A DNA stretch of 64,000 nt from NCBI GenBank assembly GCA_024231955.1, contig JAAEPZ010000538.1, positions 766,551 to 830,550 on the forward strand, written 5' to 3'. The notes under the pieces are model-generated. The model saw nothing but the letters and a program-made list of their open reading frames with translations. It made no database searches and was not told the DNA's origin. The DNA comes from a bacterium. Its GTDB lineage: Bacteria; Krumholzibacteriota; Krumholzibacteriia; JACNKJ01. A program made the position numbers and the translations under genes. Below, one piece after another: positions 43,465-54,995 of this stretch; position 1 is the first letter of the stretch; each line of letters starts with the position of its first letter.

Positions 43465-45081
43465 TCAGCGCACCGGCACCGATTCCATACCATCCTTGCC
43501 GTCAATGTACTGCAAAATCAACGTGCTTTCCGCGCCATCACCGTGACGAAAGCGCATGACCTCCCGACCGTCGGGCGCAAGACGTTCGGGCACGGTGAGA
43601 AAGTACCAGGAGCCGAATTGATTCTCCGTGAAGTTTTTCCTGCGGTAGAGGGGGTGATCGAGCAGCTGCTGAAGGAATATGCCCGTCTTGAAGAACTGCG
43701 TGGTGTAGGACACGGCGTCGCTGATGACCAGAGGCGCGGTCTCATCGGTCATATGGGAGACGACTCGTTCGGCCTCGGGCTTCAGATCCCGCCGTTGCAG
43801 CGCCCGGTAGTTGTAGAGACCGTGTTGCTGAACGGTCAGCAGCAACAGGATCACGGTTGCCGCGAAGCGGAGCAACCTCCGTTTCGCCGTCAGGCCTTCG
43901 CGAACTGCATAACCGGCCGCCAGAAGGAGGATGATCCCCTCCGGCCAGCGCCCCTCCCTGATGAAGTATGCGCCACCGAACAATCCCGCTGCTGCGCCCA
44001 GGCCGAGGAATGCGCGTTGAATCCAGGCGCGGGGAATCCTGTCCGGATCGATATGCAGCGCCAGGACAATTGCCAGGAGCGGGAAGGCGGGGAGAAGATA
44101 GCGATCCACCGCGCCGGGCATGATGGTGAAGATCGTCAGTGCGATCAGGAACCCGTAGAGACTGATCCGGTAGAGCGGAGCCTCCCTGAATTCGCTGCGG
44201 CGGTTGCCGAACCAGAGAACAAGCGGCCAGGGCAGCCAGAGCAACAGGATCCTGAGCGGGAAGCTCACGAGGTGTTTGCAGAGGGCGAGGACCTCGCCGC
44301 TCGCACGGGCGGATACCTCGGAGCCCAGGACCCGCGTGAGATCCATTATGTCCCCCTGCGCGCAGTAGAGCCCGACCCAGACGGCGGGCAGGAGCAGAGA
44401 GGCCAGGGCGTGCCCCAGCAACCCGGCCAGGCGGCGTCCACGCGCTTGCTCGTGCATGACGGCATGCACCAGCAGCGGCGGGTAGAAGAACAGTGGTGAA
44501 ACACCTTTGGTCAGGATGCCCAATCCCACCAGCATGGCGGAGAGAACGAAACGCCATGGTCTGCGCGGATCGGGCAGATAGACCGCGAAAGCCATGATGC
44601 AGAGGGCGGTGACGAGCATGTCCGGTTCGACCTTGTTGCCGTATTCGAAGAGCATCAGGGCGTTGCCGATCGTGATCAGGAATCCGAGCAAAGCCCGACG
44701 CGGCGCTACGCGCAACAGGAGCAGATACACGGCCAGCGCTGCCGCCGCCAGAGCCAGCGACGAGATGGCGCGGGCGCTGAAGCCGGTAACCTCGCCGAAG
44801 GGGAGAGAGGCCAGCACGATCAACCAGTTGTGCGCCGGCGGTTTCTTGAAGTAGGGATGCTGGAAGATGGTCGGGACGATGTACTCGCCCTTCACCATCA
44901 TCTCCTGGGCGACGATGGCGCGACGCGATTCCTCGTGGAAAAACGGATGGCGATTACTGTAGATGAGCAGCGTCAGGAGGACGAACAGTGAGATCAGGAT
45001 CACCGGCAGGTGATTGCCGCGTCCGACTGATTCCCGGTTGGTCATGCTCGTGGCCGCCCCCCCGACTTCAGGATGATTCAT
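43465..45081 (-). CDS. ArnT-like GT39 membrane glycosyltransferase
   Basis: EESRRAIVAQEM, YFKKPP, LTKG, RYLLP; many TM helices. Confidence 0.85.
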   Translation of the reverse strand: MNHPEVGGAATSMTNRESVGRGNHLPVILISLFVLLTLLIYSNRHPFFHEESRRAIVAQEMMVKGEYIVPTIFQHPYFKKPPAHNWLIVLASLPFGEVTGFSARAISSLALAAAALAVYLLLLRVAPRRALLGFLITIGNALMLFEYGNKVEPDMLVTALCIMAFAVYLPDPRRPWRFVLSAMLVGLGILTKGVSPLFFYPPLLVHAVMHEQARGRRLAGLLGHALASLLLPAVWVGLYCAQGDIMDLTRVLGSEVSARASGEVLALCKHLVSFPLRILLLWLPWPLVLWFGNRRSEFREAPLYRISLYGFLIALTIFTIMPGAVDRYLLPAFPLLAIVLALHIDPDRIPRAWIQRAFLGLGAAAGLFGGAYFIREGRWPEGIILLLAAGYAVREGLTAKRRLLRFAATVILLLLTVQQHGLYNYRALQRRDLKPEAERVVSHMTDETAPLVISDAVSYTTQFFKTGIFLQQLLDHPLYRRKNFTENQFGSWYFLTVPERLAPDGREVMRFRHGDGAESTLILQYIDGKDGMESVPVR

Positions 45082-45361
45082 CGGCGGTCGCCAGCGCCGC
45101 GCGCTTTCTGTAGATCAGAATCAGGTTCCGGATATAGATGATGCTGCCGGTGCTCTGGCCAAGGATGAAGACCGGATCCTGCTTATGGATGGCGTAGGTG
45201 AGCAGCATGGCGGAACCGATGATGCTCAGATACCAGAAGACGATGGGGATGGTGCTTTCGCCCCGTTTTTCGCTTGCGATCCACTGCACCAGAAAACGTC
45301 CGGCGAATATCGCCTGCGCGATGAAGCCGATGACGACCCAGGCATCCCAGGACTCAGGCAT
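45068..45361 (-). CDS. Lipid A biosynthesis N-terminal (LAB_N) domain protein
   Basis: GFIAQAIFAGRFLVQWIASEK...P..FWYLS...DPVFILGQ...YIRNL. Confidence 0.88.
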   Translation of the reverse strand: MPESWDAWVVIGFIAQAIFAGRFLVQWIASEKRGESTIPIVFWYLSIIGSAMLLTYAIHKQDPVFILGQSTGSIIYIRNLILIYRKRAALATADESS

Positions 45362-46100
45362 CGGTCTCCCCCTTCGACACGCAGGAGGTGGTCGCCACCT
45401 GCGGCAGCACGTGCCGTTTGAGATACCAGCGCACGCCGAATGTGTCGTAGAGCCCGACCCAGAGACGGTTGTTGATTCCGTACTTGGCGGTGCCCAGCGT
45501 TCGGGGGCGGTGATTCACCGGCATCTCCTTCATCCTGTAGCCCCGCATCCCCACCAGGGTGGGGAAGAAGCGGTGCATCCCCTTGAAGAGGGGGATACCC
45601 TCAACGCACTCCCGGTAGAAGACACGCAGCGAACAGCCGACATCGGTAACGGTGCGGCCGGTCATGGCGTTGCGGAAGCTGTTGGCGATTTTCGACGACA
45701 GTCGACGCACGGCGCTGTCATTGCGACGGGCGCGCAGACCGTTGACCATCTCGACGTCGGAACGCTCCAACTCATCCACCAGGCGCGGCAGGTCGGCCGG
45801 ATCGTTTTGCAGATCGCCGTCGAGCGTGGCCAGAATCCGACCCTGCGCGGTGCGGAACCCCACCGCCATCGCAGCCGACTGACCGAAGTTGCCTTTGAGC
45901 GCGACGAAGTGATGTCGCGGCTCCCGCTCGTGAAGTTCACGCAGGCCCGCAAGGGTGCCGTCGCTGGAGCCGTCATCAATCCACAGGCACTCCCAGGTGC
46001 GGGGCTGACTGTTGAATGCATCGCTGATTTCCCGGGCCAGCACCGGGGCTGACTCCTCTTCGTTGTAGACGGGGACGATAATGGAGATATCCGGCTTCAA
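45354..46100 (-). CDS. GT2 polyprenol-phosphate glycosyltransferase (ArnC/DPM-like); start uncertain
   Basis: IIVPVYNEE, IDDGSSD, NFGQSAA, DGDLQNDP, GMHRF, VNHRPR. Confidence 0.9.
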   Translation of the reverse strand: MKPDISIIVPVYNEEESAPVLAREISDAFNSQPRTWECLWIDDGSSDGTLAGLRELHEREPRHHFVALKGNFGQSAAMAVGFRTAQGRILATLDGDLQNDPADLPRLVDELERSDVEMVNGLRARRNDSAVRRLSSKIANSFRNAMTGRTVTDVGCSLRVFYRECVEGIPLFKGMHRFFPTLVGMRGYRMKEMPVNHRPRTLGTAKYGINNRLWVGLYDTFGVRWYLKRHVLPQVATTSCVSKGETDA

Positions 46101-46546
46101 AGGCTTCCGATCTGATGGAGTCAGCGGGTCTGGGCAATGCCCGTTTCGATATGTCGTTCTGCTCTCGGGTCGGTTCATCAATCCAGGAAAATAGCAGATC
46201 CAATGATCCTGATCAAACATTGAGCTGCCGAAAAAGTCCGAGGGGGGCAATCGAGGCGTGAATCGGACTCTACATACTTCGGTGCCTCCAATTCCGCAAG
46301 TGTAAACAATGGACCGGCAGTGGAGCGGTGATCGAACAGGCGTCACCCGCGATACCCAATTAATATCGCAATATCCGCGGCTCCGGTTCTTGCCGATGGC
46401 TTCCCATATGGCCTGGTCGCTTCCTGTAGCGGCCAGGTAACTGGCTGAAAATAAAGCGATAGTGGAGTCGCTCTGAGCGTCCGTGCTAATATTGAGGGAT
46501 ATCGAACCGACGAGATGATTATTGACGAAACCCATTGGAGGTTCTC

Positions 46547-49500
46547 GTGAAGAGCGTGCTGATCAGATCGATCATGATATTCCGGATATTCATGTTGCTG
46601 CTTCTCTTTGCCGATGAGCTGGCGCAGGCCCAGGCGGGTCCGGTCAGGCAATTGGATCTCCGTGCACCGCTCGCGGCTGCGACACTGACGCGGGCTGCCG
46701 CTCCGGGTCACCACCTGCCGGATGCCGCGCTGTTGACAAAACAGCGCAATGTACGTCGCCAGGTATCGGCGAAGCAGGCGATACCGGATCGCCCCCTGCC
46801 CGAATTCATCGATCGCGACTATACCGCCGAAGCGAGTCACGGCGGCGATGGCCGCGAGTGCGAACTCGCCCCCGAGATGAAGGCCGAGTTGGCGCGGCTC
46901 ACCGACCTGCTCCACCAGAGGGAGGCCGAGGGGGCCGCGGGGGGGATCGTACGCGGCTCCGACCGCGAAGCCCCCTGGAGCGAATCACATCTGCTCGCGG
47001 ATGCCACCCACATGGCGGACCAGTACGTCTCGCTGCAACGGAGTCCGGCGGGCCACCTCTACGCAGTCTGGCAAGCCAATGATCTGGGCGGTTCGGATCG
47101 CGATATCCACATCGCCGTGAGTCTCTCCAACGGCATGACCTGGCAAGTCTACGAAATGCCCTCCTATGATCAGGACGAATACCACGCCGAACTCGCCATC
47201 GATGCCGCCGGTTATCTGTTCGTCACCTGGATTCGCGCCGATGGTGTGATCCTCCGTTCGCGCTCCATGACGTCTGAATCCGTTCAGAGCTGGGCCTGGG
47301 TCAAAGGCCTCAGCAGCGGCGAAACCCACGCCACCCCCTGCATCGCCGTCAGCGGTTCGGGCAACTATGCCCGCGTTTTCATCTGCGCGGCGTGGAATAC
47401 GATCAACTACAATCTCATGACCTATGAGTGGACCCTGATCTGGATGTACAGCACCAACGGCGGCGATACGGTCAATCACGATTACTTCGATCCCGACGGC
47501 TACCCCGACTACTGGCCCGACGCCGAGATGAACAACTCCACCGTTTACCTGCTCAATGCCGAAAAGGATTACCAGACGGGCGTGCTCGAGGTCGTAGCGG
47601 CCGATGGCCCGCTCGGCGGCATATTCAACGAGCCGTGGTACCTCACCTCCTGGACCGACTTCAACTGCCAGTTCCCCTCCCTGACGGCACAGGGCGACAA
47701 CGTGTTCGCCGTCTTCCAGATGGAGTACGACGACGGGATCGGCAACACCGATGGCGACATCGTTTTCTGCTACTCGGACGATGGCTTGGCCAGCATGTAT
47801 GGTCCCTACGAGATGGCCTGCGACGATTACGACAGCGTGGGACCGGTTCTCTACAGCCACGATGGTGTGGTGGGCTGCCTGTGGCTCGACGCGGCGCCGG
47901 GCGATGATGAGTTCATGTTGTGCGCCCGTCAGGCCGGAGGGTCCGGGCATCCCGATGCCTGGGGCGAAATAGAAACGATACTCGAAGACAGATATGTCGA
48001 TCCCATGTTCCGCACCGCAGCGGGTACTTTCGGCTACAACAAACTGCACGCAGCCTGGTCCGATCGACGCGATTATCCCACGCAGAACATGAATATCTAC
48101 ACAAGTGAGCGACCGGTGCTGCCCAACCTGACGGCGTGCGTGCCTGCCGGCTGGGACAGTTCGCTGGTGCTCAACCTGGTTGCGGGGGAGCGGAGCAACG
48201 GCCTGCTCGCAGCGGACGAAACCGCCTACCTGAGCTGCGCCTTCACGAATAGCGGCATGCAGGACATCGCCGCCGATTTTCAATTGCGTCTTCTGGTGGA
48301 CGGTGAGCCCTACGCGACCTGGGAGCTCAGCGGCGGCCTGGGTACCGGTTACTACAGCGCGGTGGAGGACTATCCGTTGACCCTGCCCGCGGGCATTCAC
48401 CTGATCGAATTCGAACTCGATTTCACCGACCTCATCGACGAAGACGACGAAACCGACAACACCGCCAGCGACAATTTCAATTTCATCGATGGTGATCCGC
48501 GACTCCTGCTGGCGCCGACCCAGCTCACACATGTCTTTGACGACGGCCAGGCGCGCGGCGCGCAGCCCGTCACGCCTTTGATCAATCGTGTGAGCGTGCC
48601 GGTGATCAGCGAGCGTCTCGCCGAAGCGATGTTCGACGCGGGCGATGGGGAGAAACTGCGCGTTCTGGTCGAGCCGCGGCGTCAGGTCGATGCCCTCGCC
48701 CTGCGCACCCGGCTTGCGGGGCTGTCGCGAGACGGTCGCGGGGAGCGGACTGCCAGTGCGCTTCGCAGCACCATGCGTGAAAATCGCGTCTTGCTCGATC
48801 CTCAACTCCGCGCTCTGATCGAGCGGGGTGAGGCCCTGGAGCCGGTGGAGCTTTGGTTCTCCGGCCAGTTGCTGGTCGAGATGAGCTCCGTCGCCGTACG
48901 TGAACTGGCGGAGAATCCGGAGGTGGGGTTGCTCTGGCTGGACGATCTGAAGAGCGAGTTCTTCACCGAACCGAGTGAGACGGAGACCGCCGGTGGTCGC
49001 GCTCTGGCCTGGCACCTGAACAAGATAGGCGCCCCAGCCGCCTGGGCGCAGGGGTACGACGGCACCGGGATCCTGATCGGCCACCTCGACAGCGGCGTGG
49101 CCTGGGATCATCCCGATCTGACTGCCGGCCTTTGGGACGGAGGTTCCAGCTACCCGCATCACGGCTGGGATTGTCTCGACGAGGATAATGATCCCTACGA
49201 CGGCGACACCGACTACCATCACGGCACCCACACGGCGGGTTGCATCATCGGCACCGGCGCCTTGGGTACAACCAGCGGCGCGGCTCCCGGTGCGCGTCTG
49301 ATCGCTTTGCGCTGTGTCCCCGGGTACTTCGCCGACTTCGTGGAGGGGCTGCAATTCTGCCTGGATCACGGCACGCAGGTGATAAACGCATCGGCGGGCT
49401 GGTCCAATCCCCCGGCGGAGCTCAGTGAGGCCAACCGCGATAATGCGAATATCCTGGCCGCCGCCGGGATAGCCTGGGTTTGCGCCGCCGGCAATGGCGA

Positions 49501-50542
49501 CAACATGGGGGGGCACAATCCCGCGCCGAACGACATCGCAACGCCGGGTGATGTGCCGAACCCCTTCTATGGCGCGCACGGGCACAGTGCGGTGATCTCC
49601 GTAGGCGCTTCGACCAGCAGCGATCAGATGAATGTGCTCTCCAGCATCGGCCCGACCTCCTGGGAGATCACCACCACACCGGGTTTCGACGATTATCCCT
49701 ACCCGCCCGGGTTGATGAAGCCCGACCTCGTGGCGCCGGGTCAGTCGATCACCAGCACCACACCCGGCGGCTACGCGACCTACGACGGCAGTTCGATGGC
49801 GACACCTCTGGTGTCCGCCGCCTGTGCGATTCTGCTGCAGGCCTGTCCCGGCTTGCCCCTGGCCGACCTGGCCGAAACTCTTGAGAACAGTGTGGTGGAT
49901 ATCATGGCTGCGGGCCGGGACAACAACTCCGGCGCGGGGCGTCTGGACATACCGGTCGCACTGGCGCAACTTCCCGATGGCGCGTGGGAGAGTTTCGCCA
50001 TCACCAACACCGGTCAACTGCCGCTGGCCGTAACCGACTTCGCGGGGCTTGAACCCTGGCTGCTCATTTCGCCGGCGGAGGCGGTGATCATGCCGGGTGA
50101 GACTCTGGGGTTCATCGCCATTTTCGATCCCGATCTGCTGCCCGCCGGATTGAGTCGGGCGGATGTGATTGTTCACTCTAATGATCCGCTGGGGCCGCAC
50201 GATCTGACGGTCTTTGCGATCGTGGGTACCCTGACCGGGTTACCGGAGATCGAGCAGCAGGCGAGCCGGCCGTCGATGCTGACCGCCTGGCCCAACCCGT
50301 TCAACCCGAAGACCGTTATCCGCTTCACGAATCCCGCCTGGGGGCGTGTGCGGTTGAGTGTGCACGGTGCCGACGGCCGACTGCTCCGTGTGCTGGTCGA
50401 TGAGGATCTGCCCGCCGGGGCGGGGGAGTTTGCCTGGGACGGGCGCGCAGCGTCGGGACGGGCGCTCGCCAGCGGTGTCTATTTTGCGCGTGTGGATATC
50501 GGCGGTAAGACAATGAGTCGGAAGCTGGTTCTCTTGAAATGA
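46547..50542 (+). CDS. Secreted S8 subtilisin-like serine protease with N-terminal BNR/CARDB-like domains and FlgD-Ig tail
   Basis: Catalytic triad LDSG / HGTHTAG / GSSMATP; KPDLVAPG; WPNPFNP tail. Confidence 0.9.
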   Translation: MKSVLIRSIMIFRIFMLLLLFADELAQAQAGPVRQLDLRAPLAAATLTRAAAPGHHLPDAALLTKQRNVRRQVSAKQAIPDRPLPEFIDRDYTAEASHGGDGRECELAPEMKAELARLTDLLHQREAEGAAGGIVRGSDREAPWSESHLLADATHMADQYVSLQRSPAGHLYAVWQANDLGGSDRDIHIAVSLSNGMTWQVYEMPSYDQDEYHAELAIDAAGYLFVTWIRADGVILRSRSMTSESVQSWAWVKGLSSGETHATPCIAVSGSGNYARVFICAAWNTINYNLMTYEWTLIWMYSTNGGDTVNHDYFDPDGYPDYWPDAEMNNSTVYLLNAEKDYQTGVLEVVAADGPLGGIFNEPWYLTSWTDFNCQFPSLTAQGDNVFAVFQMEYDDGIGNTDGDIVFCYSDDGLASMYGPYEMACDDYDSVGPVLYSHDGVVGCLWLDAAPGDDEFMLCARQAGGSGHPDAWGEIETILEDRYVDPMFRTAAGTFGYNKLHAAWSDRRDYPTQNMNIYTSERPVLPNLTACVPAGWDSSLVLNLVAGERSNGLLAADETAYLSCAFTNSGMQDIAADFQLRLLVDGEPYATWELSGGLGTGYYSAVEDYPLTLPAGIHLIEFELDFTDLIDEDDETDNTASDNFNFIDGDPRLLLAPTQLTHVFDDGQARGAQPVTPLINRVSVPVISERLAEAMFDAGDGEKLRVLVEPRRQVDALALRTRLAGLSRDGRGERTASALRSTMRENRVLLDPQLRALIERGEALEPVELWFSGQLLVEMSSVAVRELAENPEVGLLWLDDLKSEFFTEPSETETAGGRALAWHLNKIGAPAAWAQGYDGTGILIGHLDSGVAWDHPDLTAGLWDGGSSYPHHGWDCLDEDNDPYDGDTDYHHGTHTAGCIIGTGALGTTSGAAPGARLIALRCVPGYFADFVEGLQFCLDHGTQVINASAGWSNPPAELSEANRDNANILAAAGIAWVCAAGNGDNMGGHNPAPNDIATPGDVPNPFYGAHGHSAVISVGASTSSDQMNVLSSIGPTSWEITTTPGFDDYPYPPGLMKPDLVAPGQSITSTTPGGYATYDGSSMATPLVSAACAILLQACPGLPLADLAETLENSVVDIMAAGRDNNSGAGRLDIPVALAQLPDGAWESFAITNTGQLPLAVTDFAGLEPWLLISPAEAVIMPGETLGFIAIFDPDLLPAGLSRADVIVHSNDPLGPHDLTVFAIVGTLTGLPEIEQQASRPSMLTAWPNPFNPKTVIRFTNPAWGRVRLSVHGADGRLLRVLVDEDLPAGAGEFAWDGRAASGRALASGVYFARVDIGGKTMSRKLVLLK

Positions 50543-50622
50543 ACCAGCTTCCGACCCAAATGGTCCGGTCAGTATGTATGAATCTTGTCTTCGCAGGCAG
50601 GCCTGCTGTCGGCCACTTGCGG

Positions 50623-51159
50623 TCAGGAGCGGGATAATTCGTCAATCATTGCGAGATTCTGAATACTGAGAATGGACTCAACCTTCAGCAGCATGATGAT
50701 CTCATTGCCGACCTTGCCGATGCCGAGAATCATGTCGTTCGCATGATTCTCTCCGAAATCCGGTGGCGGCTCGATCTGATCGCTCGCTATCTCAATCACT
50801 TCTGAAACATTGTCGACGATGATACCCATCGTCACTTGACCGGTATCGGTGGCAACCTGCACCACGACGATACAGGTATGCTCGGTATCTTCGACGCAGT
50901 CCAATCCGAACTTGGCTCTCAACTCGATCACCGGCAGCACGCAGCCGCGCAAATTGACCACTCCCCGGACATAGTCCGGGGTCTGCGGTATTTTGGTGAT
51001 ATCCATGATGCCGATGATCTCCTGGATCGACAGAATCTGCAGACCGTAGGTCTCATCGCCGAGTCTGAAGCCGAGGTACTTCCCGCCCAGATCACCTGCT
51101 GAAGGGGCAAGGGCGGCTGCGCCGCCGGTGTGCTGATCCTGAATCGCGTTCATCATCAA
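50623..51159 (-). CDS. cheW: Chemotaxis adaptor CheW
   Basis: YLGFRLGDETYG, GVVNLRG.VLPVI, GIIVDNVSEV. Confidence 0.95.
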   Translation of the reverse strand: MMMNAIQDQHTGGAAALAPSAGDLGGKYLGFRLGDETYGLQILSIQEIIGIMDITKIPQTPDYVRGVVNLRGCVLPVIELRAKFGLDCVEDTEHTCIVVVQVATDTGQVTMGIIVDNVSEVIEIASDQIEPPPDFGENHANDMILGIGKVGNEIIMLLKVESILSIQNLAMIDELSRS

Positions 51160-51169
51160 TACCTCCCGC

Positions 51170-53260
51170 TCAGAACTTGATCAGTTCGTCGTCTTTGACC
51201 GCCATCATGTCTTCGATCTCTCTGGACGCTGTCGGAGAGTTCGTCATCGAGTCGGTAGCGCTGAACTGAGTCTGGCGATGAGCATGCGTATTGTCGAACC
51301 CCAGCTTGTTGAAGTGTGAACCGCCTCCGGTATCACCCTCAATAATATTGACCAGGGAATCGACGGTAGCCGACATCTCCTGTGTCTGCGCCGAGATCTC
51401 CTCGGAGCTGGCCGCGTTCCCCTGAGTTACGGATTCCAGGTCGGTGAGGACGGTACTGATCTGCGATATCCCCTGCGCCTGCTCTTTGTTGGCGGCCGCC
51501 ATCTGGCTGACGAGTTCGGCGACCTCTTCGGAGTTTTCGGTGACCTGCGCGAAAGTGTCATTGGTGGAGGTTACGAGGGATGATCCCTCGGTCACCCGAT
51601 CAACGGTACTGGCGATGAGATCCGCCGTGTTCTTGGCCGCTTCCGCACAACGCTGCGCCAGATTTCTGACCTCCTCGGCGACGACCGCGAAACCCTTGCC
51701 GGCATCGCCTGCCCGGGCAGCTTCGACAGCCGCGTTCAGGGCGAGCAGATTCGTCTGGAATGCGATCTCGTCGATGGTCTTGATGATCTTCGCAATCTCC
51801 TCGCTCGACTGCGTGATCTCCTCCATCGAATTGGTCAGCTGACTCATATTGTTGTTCGCTTCGGTAACCACCTGTTTGGCTGTCTTCATGGAGTTGTCGG
51901 CCGTGACCGCCATCTCGGCGTTGCTGTTGGTGGTGCTTGAGATCTCGCTGAGAGAGGCGGATGCCTCCTCAAGCGAGGCCGATTGCGTAGATGCGCCCCT
52001 GGCCAGAATATCCGTAGCCGAGGCCACGTTCCGCGAACCGTTGGTCATGTCGGTGATGATCCCTCTGAACTGGCCGCTCAAGGTGGTGAGTTCATGATTG
52101 GAGAATGATTGCAGGCCCTGGAACAGCTCCTTGAATTTCCCCATGATCGTCGAAGCGGTGATCAGCGCGAGGATGATGGCGATGACGAGTGTCGCGGATA
52201 CGGCGACGATGATCATCGTCTTCGCATTGCTGGCCGTCTTTGCCGCCGCCTCCTGCCGCTCGCTCATGAGCGCCAGTTCCCTGTCCCGGAACGTTTTGAT
52301 CTGGTCGCGGAATCGATCGAAGTACACCTTACCCTTGGCCTCGCCGATCAGCGTCGCCATGTCGTTCATGGATTTGGCGTCTCCGATGCGCCGCCGCAAG
52401 GCGATCGCCGGTTCCGTGACATCTTGCTGCCAGTCGTTGATCGTCCCTTCGAGATCGCCGAGCAGCGCCACCTGGGCCGGGTTGTCGCTGACCGTCCCCT
52501 TGAGCGTCCTCACCAGGGTGCCGAAATGTTCGCGGCCGGCAATATAGGGGTCGAGGAACTCCTCCTTGCCGGCCAGCAGGTAGCCCCGCATACCGGTCTC
52601 CATATCCACGGCCGCGGCCTCGATCTTCATCGCCTCCTCGATCACCGTGTGAGTGTGATTGATCCACTCCATGGAATTGCGCAGATCTTCGATGTTCGTG
52701 GAGGACTTGGTTGCCAGCAGTCGTTCATTGAGAAGAGTTGCCTCTCGTGAACGGAAAGTGGCAATCTGGCCCCTGAAGGCATCGAAGTAGATTTTGCCTC
52801 GGGCCTCGCCGACCAGGTCCGCCATGTCGTCCATGGTCTGGGCATCGCCGATCTCCTTGCGCAGATCGATGTTGGTCTCGGTGACGTTCGCTTTCCACTC
52901 GCCGACCGTCTTTGAGATCTCGTTGAGAAGTTGCACCTGGGCCGGATTGTCGTTGACCGTAACCTGCAGGTCCGCAACCTGCTTCTCGAATCTCTTCCCG
53001 CCATTCCGGTAGGGATCGAGGAATTCATCTCTTCCCGCCAGCAGGTAACCCCTCATTCCGGTCTCCATGTCGACGGCCGCCGCCTCGATCTCCATCGCTT
53101 CCTGAACGACTACGTGAGTATGGTCAACCCAGTGACTGCTTTCGAGGAGGCTGGAGATGCCGGTAAAGCAGACTGCGGCCAGCGCGACGACCAGAACTAG
53201 GGGCGCACAATTGGAGGTTATAATCTTGGATTTCAGCCCCATTTTAGTGAAGAAATTCAT
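51170..53260 (-). CDS. Methyl-accepting chemotaxis protein with tandem CHASE3 sensor domains
   Basis: 2x [42 protein letters not shown]. Confidence 0.95.
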   Translation of the reverse strand: MNFFTKMGLKSKIITSNCAPLVLVVALAAVCFTGISSLLESSHWVDHTHVVVQEAMEIEAAAVDMETGMRGYLLAGRDEFLDPYRNGGKRFEKQVADLQVTVNDNPAQVQLLNEISKTVGEWKANVTETNIDLRKEIGDAQTMDDMADLVGEARGKIYFDAFRGQIATFRSREATLLNERLLATKSSTNIEDLRNSMEWINHTHTVIEEAMKIEAAAVDMETGMRGYLLAGKEEFLDPYIAGREHFGTLVRTLKGTVSDNPAQVALLGDLEGTINDWQQDVTEPAIALRRRIGDAKSMNDMATLIGEAKGKVYFDRFRDQIKTFRDRELALMSERQEAAAKTASNAKTMIIVAVSATLVIAIILALITASTIMGKFKELFQGLQSFSNHELTTLSGQFRGIITDMTNGSRNVASATDILARGASTQSASLEEASASLSEISSTTNSNAEMAVTADNSMKTAKQVVTEANNNMSQLTNSMEEITQSSEEIAKIIKTIDEIAFQTNLLALNAAVEAARAGDAGKGFAVVAEEVRNLAQRCAEAAKNTADLIASTVDRVTEGSSLVTSTNDTFAQVTENSEEVAELVSQMAAANKEQAQGISQISTVLTDLESVTQGNAASSEEISAQTQEMSATVDSLVNIIEGDTGGGSHFNKLGFDNTHAHRQTQFSATDSMTNSPTASREIEDMMAVKDDELIKF

Positions 53261-53586
53261 TCAATTCTACCTTTCAGGTTTCCTGGGAGAATCATTGTAC
53301 TTCGCACACCGGGTAGACCCTGTGTTGTTTAACTGACATTGGCGGCCGGTCCACCATTCCCATATTCTCAATATGGTTTTCGGTGGAATGGCGGCAATCT
53401 TTACATAAATATCACTAAACTATAATATTTTTGTAAACCTGGGTGTCACGATGCAATCATAGGTAGGTAGTTTGGCTTGAATTCAGGTGTTTTGGTCGGC
53501 AGGGTGCACACCTGTTCATTTTGGAACAGCTGTCTGTAAATTCTGAAATAATTCTAATGGCTGTTTGTGGTCGGTCACTGAGTGCA

Positions 53587-54549
53587 TTAGAGGGCGAGCA
53601 TCCGCTCCAGTGGCTTGAGCGCCGCCAGGCGGAGCTCCTCATCCATCTCGATGCGCGGCTCCAGGTCGCGGAGGCAGAGGTAGAGTTTCTCCAGCGTATT
53701 GAGACGCATGTAGGGACACTGGTCGCAAGCGCAACATTCGGGACCACCGGTAACTCCCGGCGTCCTGATCAATGTTTTGCCGGGAGCGATCTTCTGCATC
53801 TGGTGCAGGATCCCCATCTCCGTGCCGACGATGAACTCTGGCGCGGGGCAATCTTTGACGAAGGCGAGAAGTTGGGCTGTTGAGCCGATGAAATCGGCGT
53901 GGCGCAGCACGTTGGGTTCGCATTCGGGGTGGGCGATGAAGAGCGCGGCGGGGCGCAGCTTCTTCTCCTCGATGATCTTCTCCTCGTTGAACCGGACATG
54001 CACCTCGCAGGTGCCCGGCCAGAGCTCCATCTCGCGGTCGAGCTGCTTGCTCACCCATTTGCCCAGGTTGCGGTCGGGAGCGAACAGGATCGGCTGATCG
54101 GCGGGCAGACTGGCCACCACCTTGGCCACATTGCCCGAGGTGCAGATGATGTCCGCCAGCGCCTTGGTTGCCGCGCTGCAATTGATGTAGGCCACGACGG
54201 CGTGGTCGGAATGATCCGCTTTCCAGGCGGCAAGTTTATCTGCGGGACAGGCATCGGCGAGTGAGCATCCCGCCTCCATGTCGGGGACAACCACTATCCG
54301 TTCCGGATTCACGATCTTGGCCGTTTCGGCCATGAAATGGACACCGGCAAAGACGATCACATCCGCTTCGGTCGTACGTGCGGCCTGGGCCAGGGCAAGG
54401 CTGTCACCCAGGAAATCCGCCAGATCCTGAATCTCGGATTCCTGATAGTAATGAGCCAGGATGACCGCGTTGCGCTCTTTGCGGAGGCGCTCGATTTCGG
54501 CCTTGAGATCCTGGCCTTCAGGCATCTGAATCCGTTCGTTATCCATCAT
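53587..54549 (-). CDS. nadA: Quinolinate synthase
   Basis: [40 protein letters not shown]. Confidence 0.96.
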   Translation of the reverse strand: MMDNERIQMPEGQDLKAEIERLRKERNAVILAHYYQESEIQDLADFLGDSLALAQAARTTEADVIVFAGVHFMAETAKIVNPERIVVVPDMEAGCSLADACPADKLAAWKADHSDHAVVAYINCSAATKALADIICTSGNVAKVVASLPADQPILFAPDRNLGKWVSKQLDREMELWPGTCEVHVRFNEEKIIEEKKLRPAALFIAHPECEPNVLRHADFIGSTAQLLAFVKDCPAPEFIVGTEMGILHQMQKIAPGKTLIRTPGVTGGPECCACDQCPYMRLNTLEKLYLCLRDLEPRIEMDEELRLAALKPLERMLAL

Positions 54550-54756
54550 GCACCGCTTCCGAATGTAACTGTTCGCTGTTCTTACGGGATGCCATATGTT
54601 AGCTCTTGTTGCCTGGAATACAAGTGTAATGGGCAATCTTCTGCTGGTCAATACGGGTGGAGATCTGAGAAAATCGTCGGAAGTGTGGAGGATTCTCTCT
54701 CTGAGACGACTATCGATGCGTCAACCTCAACCGGTGAAACACGGACGGGGGCACTG

Positions 54757-54995
54757 ATGACCAGGAGGCGATTGAATCGGGTGACCGCTGATACGGGGGC
54801 GCTCACCACTCTTCATGACCGTTTCGGGGATAGTGATTACCGTTTCATCTACGTCATGACCGGAGATTCCGACATGCTCCGCACGACTCGACCGCAACGC
54901 TTGCCGAGTTGTCGGCCGAACCCATAGTTTCCCGCAAACAAGCGGCGGTGCGCTGTCTCCGCCGTTCACTGGAGGTGCGTGGCCATGCTCTGTAA
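54757..54995 (+). pseudogene. Internally deleted, frameshifted ECF sigma factor remnant
   Basis: Frame 1 gives DTGALTTLHDRFGDSDYRFIYVMTGD (region 2 start); another frame gives LAELSAEPIVSRKQAAVRCLRRSLE (region 4.2 end) overlapping the anti-sigma start. Confidence 0.6.

Noticed and set aside
46985..50200. 1071-aa antisense ORF and other long shadow ORFs (12987-14489, 22904-24286, 27527-29293, 56448-58154)
   Set aside because: Opposite-strand artefacts of high-GC codon bias over well-supported genes
53290..53400. c-di-GMP riboswitch upstream of the MCP
   Set aside because: A hairpin exists, but the conserved GCAAA/GAAA elements were not found
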